Source: Candidatus Aenigmatarchaeota archaeon (GTDB lineage Archaea; Aenigmatarchaeota; Aenigmatarchaeia; QMZP01). Taken from it: a stretch of DNA of 13,740 nucleotides. The stretch is taken from assembly GCA_039091855.1 (NCBI GenBank), contig JAWCLA010000018.1, positions 1 through 13,740 of the forward strand. The letters run 5' to 3'. The notes beneath the pieces were generated by a model. It did not search any database. It had not been told where the DNA came from and saw only the letters and a program-made list of their open reading frames with translations. Of this stretch, positions 1 through 6,202 are shown in pieces. A program made the position numbers and the translations under genes. The first letter of the stretch is position 1. The number at the start of each line of letters is the position of its first letter.

Positions 1-103
1 GATATCAAACAGTCTATTGATTAAAAATACTATGAGTAAATTTGTAAGCTATATTCCACTTTCTCAGTTACATTATTTAACCCACCATCCCAAAAAAATA
101 ACT

Positions 104-526
104 ATGAAAAAATTCGAGTTTGTTGACATAACGACTTCAGACGTTGCGTTCATTTCTTACGGCAGGAACCTGAACGAGCTTTTTGAGAATTCTGCCCTCG
201 CGATGTTCGAGGTTATGGTTGACACGAAAAACGTAAAGCCTGTTGTGTCGAGAAAGGTCAGCGTCAAGGGAAATGATATGCAGTCGCTTATGTTCAGCTG
301 GCTCAACAGCCTGCTTCTCTATGTGGATTCGGAAAGCCTTGTGTTCTCAAAATTTATTGCAGAGGTCGATGGTGAGAAATTCTTCCTTCGGGCCGAATGT
401 TTTGGCGAGAAAATAAATCCGAAAAGTCACGAGCTGAAGACATCTGTAAAGTCCCCAACCTATCACAAGATGGAGATAAAAAAAGAAAAAGGCTTTTGGA
501 AGGCAAGGGTTATATTAGATATATAA
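104..526 (+). CDS. Archease (RtcB activator), 140 aa
   Basis: N-terminal FEFVDITTSDVAF..YG..L.ELFENSALAMF and C-terminal VKSPTYH..W.ARVILDI match the archease family. Start moved to ATG 104, which has a TATA-like TTATTTAA at 73-80. Adjacent to rtcB. Confidence 0.92.
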   Translation: MKKFEFVDITTSDVAFISYGRNLNELFENSALAMFEVMVDTKNVKPVVSRKVSVKGNDMQSLMFSWLNSLLLYVDSESLVFSKFIAEVDGEKFFLRAECFGEKINPKSHELKTSVKSPTYHKMEIKKEKGFWKARVILDI

Positions 527-534
527 TAAACCAA

Positions 535-1983
535 CTATCCCTTTACAACACCGAGAGGGACAAGCCTCGCGACCCTTTTTCCTATACCTGCCTCGTCGCT
601 CACCCTCGCAACCTCGTCTATTTCCTTGTAAGCCTGAGGTGCCTCTTCAACTATTCCCCTCCAGGATGCTGCCCTTATCAGTATTCCCCTCTTCTCAAGC
701 TCTGCCTTTACTGCCTCCCCCCTGAGATTTTTGGTCATCGCGGCCCTTGAGCTTACCCTTCCTGCGCCGTGAGCGGTTGAGTAAAAAGTCACCTTTCCCG
801 TCTCTGTCCCAACCAAAAGATAGCTCGCTGTTCCCATACTGCCTGGAAGTATTATTGCCTGCCCAACCTTCCTGTGCTCTTCAGGTATTTCAGGATGCCC
901 CGGCGGGAAAGCCCTTGTAGCACCCTTCCTGTGAACGTAAACCTTTCTCTTCTTTCCCTCTATCTCGTGGGTTTCAACCTTTCCTATGTTGTGGGCAACG
1001 TCATAGATTACTTCAAGCCCTATGTCTTCCTCCTTCATTCCCAATGTTTTTATCATGCTTTCCCTTACCCAGTGCATTATCATCTGCCTGTTCGTCCAAG
1101 CATAGTTTGCAGCAGCACTCATTGCTGCAAAGTAATCCTCGCATTGCCTTGTGCCTGAAGGCGCATAAACAAGCTCCCTGTCAGGAAGGCTCTTTATCTT
1201 GTCCCTGAAAGCGTTCTCAAGGATTTGAAGATAGTCAGCGCATACCTGATGCCCAAGCCCCCTGCTTCCGGTGTGAATCATAACCATAACCTGTCCAGGC
1301 TCTGTTATTCCAAAGACCCTTGCAACATCAGGAAGGTATATCCTGTCAACCTTCTGTATCTCAAGGAAGTGGTTTCCAGAGCCCAAGGTTCCGAGCTGCG
1401 GGGCGCCGCGCTTTTTTGCCTGTGCAGAAACCTTGTCGGGCTTTGCTGATTTTAAACCTCCTCCTGACTCCAAGAACTTCAAATCCCTTTCCTTACCGTA
1501 ACCGTTATCAACAGCCCACTTCGCGCCCTCAGAAAGGACGTCATCAAGCTGTGAAAAATTTAACCTGACTTTTCCCGATTCCCCAAGGCCTGACGGGACG
1601 TTGCGAAAGATTGACTCAAGAAGATGTGATATTTTCGGCCTCACATCACTCTCCTTTAGGTTTGTCCTCAGCAACCTCACTCCGCAATTGATGTCAAAGC
1701 CTATTCCCCCCGGAGAAAGCCCGCCTTCCTCATAATCCAACGCGGCCACGCCTCCAATCGGGAAGCCGTAGCCGAAGTGCATGTCAGGAAGGGCTATGCT
1801 GTGTTCGTATATCCCGGGAAGGAAGGTGACGTTTGCCGCCTGCTCGATTGCCCCGTCCTCCACGCCTGAAAGGAGTTTTTCAGAAAGGAAAAGCCAAGCA
1901 GGAACCTTCATTCCCTGCTTTGAATCCTTTGGCAGCTCCCACAAGCAGTTCCCTATTTTCCTGAGCCTTTCCTTCAGTGCCAT
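535..1983 (-). CDS. rtcB: RNA-splicing ligase RtcB, 482 aa
   Basis: Motifs LPDMHFGYGFPIG, GFDINCGVRL, GTLGSGNHFLE, HTGSRGLGH, YDVAHN, HRKGAT, PGSMG, TAHGAGR and EEAPQAYK are all intact. SD-like GGTGGT precedes the ATG. Length leaves no room for an intein. Confidence 0.98.
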   Translation of the reverse strand: MALKERLRKIGNCLWELPKDSKQGMKVPAWLFLSEKLLSGVEDGAIEQAANVTFLPGIYEHSIALPDMHFGYGFPIGGVAALDYEEGGLSPGGIGFDINCGVRLLRTNLKESDVRPKISHLLESIFRNVPSGLGESGKVRLNFSQLDDVLSEGAKWAVDNGYGKERDLKFLESGGGLKSAKPDKVSAQAKKRGAPQLGTLGSGNHFLEIQKVDRIYLPDVARVFGITEPGQVMVMIHTGSRGLGHQVCADYLQILENAFRDKIKSLPDRELVYAPSGTRQCEDYFAAMSAAANYAWTNRQMIMHWVRESMIKTLGMKEEDIGLEVIYDVAHNIGKVETHEIEGKKRKVYVHRKGATRAFPPGHPEIPEEHRKVGQAIILPGSMGTASYLLVGTETGKVTFYSTAHGAGRVSSRAAMTKNLRGEAVKAELEKRGILIRAASWRGIVEEAPQAYKEIDEVARVSDEAGIGKRVARLVPLGVVKG

Positions 1984-2065
1984 AAAACCACCAATTGAAA
2001 ATGCTTTTAGCCTGTGTTTAAATTGAAGGCAGCGTATTTAAATGCTTTCGGGGAATTTTAAACCA

Positions 2066-2899
2066 ATGAATGAAACAAATTTTCCAAAGGTTAGGGAAGT
2101 GATATGCAAGTCCGCATTGAGCAAGTGCGGGCTTGAGGAATTTTCCTATTCGGTGAACCCCTACACAGGCTGCGCCCACGGCTGCGTTTACTGCTATGCC
2201 AGGTTTATGTGCAAATATGGGGGACATCTAAATGAGCCTTGGGGAAGCTTTGTTGACGTTAAAACAAACATTGCAGAAGTGTTGAGAAAGGATATGCAAA
2301 AAAACCATCCTGGGAGGATTTTCCTGAGCTCTGTCACGGATCCTTACCAGCCTCTGGAAGCCAAATATCTGATTACCCAAAAAACCATTTCAGCTATAAG
2401 GGATTACAACTACCCCCTCACCGTTTTCACAAAGTCCTCGCTTGCAAAAAGGGACCTAAAGGCGATATCTGGAATAAAGAATCCCGAGTTTTGGGTGTCC
2501 ATTGTCCTGCTGGAAGAAAGAGAAAGGAAAATATGGGAACCATTTGCCTCTCCAATAGAGGAAAGGTTGAGAACATTGAGGGTTTTTTCAGAGGCAGGAG
2601 TCCCTTCTTATGCCTTTTTGGGTCCTGTTCTTCCAGAAATAACGACCAGAAAGCTTCCTGAAATTTTCTCAAGGTTTGCCGAGGCAGGGGTGAAAGGCGC
2701 CACTGTTGACAGGCTTAATATAAAATGCGGAAACTTGCAGCCAATACTGAAAACAATAAGGGAGCATTACCCACAACTTCTTTTAAAATACAGGGAGCTT
2801 TTCATTTACGGAAAGGACAAAGTTTACTACAAAAACCTTAAGCCTGAAATAGAGTTGACAGCAAAGGAATTGGGGCTTTCCATAGAGTTTTGCTTTTAA
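2066..2899 (+). CDS. Radical SAM protein, SplB/Rv2578c-like (COG1533-type), about 277 aa
   Basis: NPYTGCAHGCVYCYA contains CxxxCxxC; also SSVTDPYQPLE, TKS..RD and EP.ASP..ERL. Start at ATG 2066 or 2042 is uncertain. Confidence 0.88.
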   Translation: MNETNFPKVREVICKSALSKCGLEEFSYSVNPYTGCAHGCVYCYARFMCKYGGHLNEPWGSFVDVKTNIAEVLRKDMQKNHPGRIFLSSVTDPYQPLEAKYLITQKTISAIRDYNYPLTVFTKSSLAKRDLKAISGIKNPEFWVSIVLLEERERKIWEPFASPIEERLRTLRVFSEAGVPSYAFLGPVLPEITTRKLPEIFSRFAEAGVKGATVDRLNIKCGNLQPILKTIREHYPQLLLKYRELFIYGKDKVYYKNLKPEIELTAKELGLSIEFCF

Positions 2900-3000
2900 C
2901 TTCACCCTCCGACCTAAAATCTTGCACCTCACCTTTTGACATTTAATTTTGGTACAGGATAAGCTTTATAACTCAAAGTAGAAGGTGTTTAACCCTGTGG

Positions 3001-3417
3001 CTAAATCTTTGGCACAGGGTGCCTTGCCCCACAAGCCTCGCACTTCATTATTATGTAATCACCTTCCTTCACGAGCTTCGTGTCAGGCTTCTTGCACTCG
3101 GGGCAGAACACGTAGATTTTTGCATACTTCTCTATCTTGCTGTTAACCATTTCCTCCGAGAAATTGCCTATCACGGTCAGCCTTGAACCCTGAAGCTCTC
3201 CGGAGGTTGCAAGCTCCTTGAGCAGAAACTTAAGGAAGTGGTTTTGCTCCCTTCTCAAAGTGCCGGTTATCTCTGTGAAGTTTGATATTATGGTTTTTTG
3301 CCCGGCCCTTTGCACCTGAGACTTTGGAAGCTCGAACCTTTCGCTTGACTCAACGGAATGAGGGATTTTTTTCATACCCCTCTTCAAAAGCTCCTCGTAA
3401 GACGGCAAACCTGTCAT
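3001..3417 (-). CDS. eif2b: Translation initiation factor 2 beta subunit (aIF-2beta), 138 aa
   Basis: YEELLKR...ERFELP, TII.NF, LKELATSG, and a Zn ribbon CPECKKPDT...CEACGA. Start reassigned to ATG 3417 (MTGLPSY). Confidence 0.95.
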   Translation of the reverse strand: MTGLPSYEELLKRGMKKIPHSVESSERFELPKSQVQRAGQKTIISNFTEITGTLRREQNHFLKFLLKELATSGELQGSRLTVIGNFSEEMVNSKIEKYAKIYVFCPECKKPDTKLVKEGDYIIMKCEACGARHPVPKI

Positions 3418-3503
3418 ATGAACACAAACCTTATTTACTAGACAATCTGCTTTTTCTGCCTGCAAAGCCGCAGATATGTTTATATATCAGAAATGCAAAT
3501 ATA

Positions 3504-3650
3504 TATAGTGCTCTCAGGGGGATTTAAGAGAGCGCTGTGACTTTAATCTCTTAAAGTCGCTTTAATTAAAATAAGAGAAAACGTAAGCTCGGTTTCAATG
3601 GGGGTTGAAGCCAAGCTTGGGGGACGTTTTCGATTGAATCTGGCTGATTC
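3504..3650 (+). ncRNA. Candidate structured RNA or long leader upstream of ftsZ (family unrecognised)
   Basis: Helices 3504-3515/3528-3539, 3537-3546/3551-3560, 3577-3584/3624-3631 enclosing 3585-3598/3605-3618, and 3636-3640/3646-3650. G-U pairs favour the + strand. TTTATATA at 3479-3486 lies about 20-25 nt upstream. Confidence 0.45.
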
Positions 3651-3808
3651 TGGTTAGTTGAAAATATAACCATAAAATAATACGAAGATCCTATTTAAAC
3701 CGATTTCGCTTCCCGAAAACATCTTTCGCAAAAAATATATTCGGGTATAGCAATCGGGGGGATCCAACAGGGCGGAACAGCCGTCCATATAAAAATAGGA
3801 GGGGGAAT

Positions 3809-4933
3809 ATGGACTCTTTTGTTCAGGACGTTTTGCAAAGAAACGCCTGCGTAGACCCTACATCAGTTGAGGAAGATGCGGCAACAAAACTCGCAAGCAG
3901 CATACAGGATGAGTTTGGGCTTAGTGTTAAGGATGCAAGAATCCTCGTGATAGGGGCAGGCGGCGCAGGAAACAACTGCGTTAAAAGGCTTACCGAGATG
4001 GGAATAAAGGGAGCCACAACGATAGCGATAAACACGGATGCAAAGCACCTTGCTGTGACAAAGGCGGACAAGAAGCTTTTAATAGGAAGGGACCTAACAA
4101 GGGGCCTGGGAGCAGGTGGTTTCCCGGATGTTGGAAGAAGGGCAGCAGAGGAAAGCGAGAAGGATTTGAGAAAGCTAATAGAGGGAGCTGATATGATATA
4201 CCTTGTGGCAGGAATGGGAGGAGGCACAGGAACAGGCTCTGCTCCTGTTGTCGCAAGGATAGCAAAGGAGATGGGAGCGATAGTGATAGGCTGCACCACG
4301 ATGCCGTTCAAGATAGAGGGAGCAAGGATGGGCAAGGCAGAGGATGGGCTTTCAAAGCTGAGGCAGGTATGTGACACAGTGATAGTCATAGAGAACGACA
4401 GGCTCCTGAAGGTTGCGGGAGACCTTCCGCTACAACAAGCCTTTGGGGTTGCAGACAACCTCATATCGTCAATCATAAAGGGCGTCACAGAGACTATAGC
4501 ATTGCCATCACTTGTCAACCTCGATTATGCTGACGTTAAGGCGATAATGCATTCAGGCGGGGTTGCAGCAGTGGGAGTAGGAGAATCCAACACGAACAAC
4601 AGGGCTGAGGAGGCGGTGACAAAGGCTATGACAAACCCGCTTCTTGAGGTCAGTTATGGTGGAGGAACAGGAGCGCTTATACACATAACAGGAGGCAAGG
4701 ACCTTCGCCTTGACGAGGTTAACACAATTGGCGAGTACGTCTCAAAGCAGCTGGACCCGGACGCTCAGGTAATATGGGGAGCGAGGGTTGACCCTGCCTA
4801 CGATGGCAAGATAAGGGTAATAACCATAATAACAGGAGTGAAGTCTCCATACATACTTGGTCCGGTTGAATTCGAAAGAACAGAAGCAAAAAGGGACTTT
4901 GCGCAGGAGCTGGGGATACCGATACTGAGATAA
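3809..4933 (+). CDS. ftsZ: Cell division protein FtsZ (archaeal FtsZ2-like), 374 aa
   Basis: GAGGAGNN, NTD, GLGAGG, GMGGGTGTG signature and NLDYADV T7 loop. PSLVNLDYAD, GGVA, HITGG and ILGP resemble FtsZ2. SD GGAGGGG at 3798-3804. Confidence 0.97.
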   Translation: MDSFVQDVLQRNACVDPTSVEEDAATKLASSIQDEFGLSVKDARILVIGAGGAGNNCVKRLTEMGIKGATTIAINTDAKHLAVTKADKKLLIGRDLTRGLGAGGFPDVGRRAAEESEKDLRKLIEGADMIYLVAGMGGGTGTGSAPVVARIAKEMGAIVIGCTTMPFKIEGARMGKAEDGLSKLRQVCDTVIVIENDRLLKVAGDLPLQQAFGVADNLISSIIKGVTETIALPSLVNLDYADVKAIMHSGGVAAVGVGESNTNNRAEEAVTKAMTNPLLEVSYGGGTGALIHITGGKDLRLDEVNTIGEYVSKQLDPDAQVIWGARVDPAYDGKIRVITIITGVKSPYILGPVEFERTEAKRDFAQELGIPILR

Positions 4934-4961
4934 CTTCCCCTTTCCCCTCCTATGAATATTA

Positions 4962-4989
4962 GAGGAGCCCCGGCTCCTCGCTTATTTTT
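4962..4989 (+). terminator. Hairpin plus T-tract after ftsZ (putative terminator or 3' stabiliser)
   Basis: GAGGAGCC-CC-GGCTCCTC perfect inverted repeat (4962-4979), followed by TTATTTTT and further T-runs. Confidence 0.55.
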
Positions 4990-5060
4990 ACCAATATCAT
5001 TTTTGGCTTTTTCTAATCTTGAAGAGACGATTACCCAATCACTTCAAGTCGTTTATATAA

Positions 5061-5219
5061 TGAGCCCGAGGGGACTTCCGCATCCAATTTTATTATTCAA
5101 GTAACATTTTTTGGGATCTCAACCCTTTTTTGAAAAAAGGGCTGATTTCGAACCCCCAACCCTTCGGTCCGAAGCCGAATGCTCTAATCCCGAATTTATT
5201 CCGGTTGAGCTACGGGCCC
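5061..5219 (-). tRNA. tRNA-Arg(UCG) with a 72-nt T-loop intron (5075-5146, position 59/60) and an 11-12-nt D-loop insertion or intron (about 5188-5198); no encoded CCA
   Basis: Acceptor stem GGGCCCG/CGGGCTC plus A73; D-stem GCTC/GAGC; anticodon arm TTCGG-CT TCG GA-CCGAA (anticodon at 5172-5170); variable region GGGTT (A15:U48); T-arm GGGGG-TTCGAA|T-CCCCT. The 59/60 intron forms central helix UUCG/CGGA with 3-nt bulges AAA and AGU. Confidence 0.92.
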
Positions 5220-5225
5220 ATATGC

Positions 5226-5304
5226 TTGGAAAGACGGCTTTATTAAACCAATGTAAGCCGTCCATTTTTTGGAAAGACGGCTTTATCAAACCAATTTAAG
5301 CCGT
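5226..5304. repeat. Two 36-nt direct repeats (5226-5261, 5269-5304; 34/36 identical), each with internal inverted arms ACGGCTT...AAGCCGT
   Basis: TTGGAAAGACGGCTTTATTAAACCAATGTAAGCCGT versus TTGGAAAGACGGCTTTATCAAACCAATTTAAGCCGT, separated by a 7-nt spacer CCATTTT. Confidence 0.93.
5239..5247 (-). promoter_or_regulatory. Putative TATA box of tRNA-Arg
   Basis: TTTAATAAA on the - strand, 20-28 nt upstream of the tRNA G1. Confidence 0.5.
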
Positions 5305-5366
5305 GAGTAGCTGATGATAAATTAATGTAATTGCGCTTTTTAAGTTGCCAGTCCAAAAATTATAAT

Positions 5367-6182
5367 ATGCCAAGGAGGAAAAAACAACCCAGGCCAAAGC
5401 AAGAGAAATACGAAATTGAGAAACAGGTGGAGCATTTTGCTGAAGAGGCGGACAGCCTTGGAAGGAAAGCCAGCCAAAGGATTGTGGAGAGGCACAGGGT
5501 TTTCAGGAACTGGTGGCACAGGACATTCGGCTTTTCAGGACCGTTCATAGCGGCAGTAATTGGGATTTTTGTTTTTTTCCTCCTCACAGGGCTGATAAAG
5601 TTTGTCAACACGCCTGTTAAAAATCACCTGCTTTCTGACATAAACTCCTTCCTTCTTGACAACACAGGTATATTCTTTCTTCTTTTTGTCCTGTTCTCCT
5701 ATGCCTCCTACTTTTCCACCTACTACCCGCTCGCATACAGGCCTTTCTCCCCTCTGGTGACAGCAACAGGCATAACCGCTTCATTCTGGCTCGTTATGAA
5801 TTCCGTAAACATATCCAACTTTTACATAGGCAGCCCTGTTCTTTTTGGCATAGGCTACTGGATGGAGAAAGTGATGTTTCTTGTATTCGGGATTTCTGTT
5901 TTTGCTGGATACATAATTTTAGTGGCGAAATTCCCGTCCGACGAAAAAATACTCGAAGAGCCCAAAACAAAGGAAAGCAGTGAAATGAGAAGGCTTTACA
6001 GGTCGGGAAAGGACAAGGTTCTAGGAGGGGTTTGCGGAGGCATTGGTGAATATTTTCACACTGACCCTGTACTAGTTAGGATTGCCTTCATAATTCTTGC
6101 ACTCCTCTGGGGTTTTGGAATAATTCTATACATTATATGCTGGATAATAATCCCAAGGAACCCGAGCCATAGGTGGAGATGA
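5367..6182 (+). CDS. Membrane protein with a C-terminal PspC domain, 271 aa
   Basis: Basic N-terminus, about 4 hydrophobic segments, then the PspC signature RRLYRSGKDKVLGGVCGGIGEYF..DPVLVRI...LYIICWIIIP. Start ATG 5367 has TATA-like TTTTTAAG at 5337-5344 (probably leaderless). Confidence 0.85.
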   Translation: MPRRKKQPRPKQEKYEIEKQVEHFAEEADSLGRKASQRIVERHRVFRNWWHRTFGFSGPFIAAVIGIFVFFLLTGLIKFVNTPVKNHLLSDINSFLLDNTGIFFLLFVLFSYASYFSTYYPLAYRPFSPLVTATGITASFWLVMNSVNISNFYIGSPVLFGIGYWMEKVMFLVFGISVFAGYIILVAKFPSDEKILEEPKTKESSEMRRLYRSGKDKVLGGVCGGIGEYFHTDPVLVRIAFIILALLWGFGIILYIICWIIIPRNPSHRWR

Positions 6183-6202
6183 TTTCTTTAAAGGTGACTA
6201 TT

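Noticed and set aside
397-2026. + strand ORFs overlapping rtcB (397-750, 874-1158, 1225-1449, 1320-1568, 1781-2026)
   Set aside because: Shadow frames of a highly conserved gene, with no motifs.
3504-3790. RNase P RNA or SRP RNA
   Set aside because: No GAGGAAAGUCC-type RNase P motif and no SRP helix-8 motif found on either strand. The - strand GAAACCGAGCTTA only loosely resembles the RNase P 3' motif.
3466-3808. Replication origin (ORB G-strings plus AT-rich tract)
   Set aside because: No TTCCA..GAAA ORB core seen and no orc1/cdc6 in the window. Kept only as a weak alternative.
5111-5299. 62-aa ORF on the + strand
   Set aside because: Antisense to the tRNA gene and spans the repeat; spurious.
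5226-5304. CRISPR array (36-nt palindromic repeats)
   Set aside because: Only two copies, a 7-nt spacer, and no cas genes in the window.
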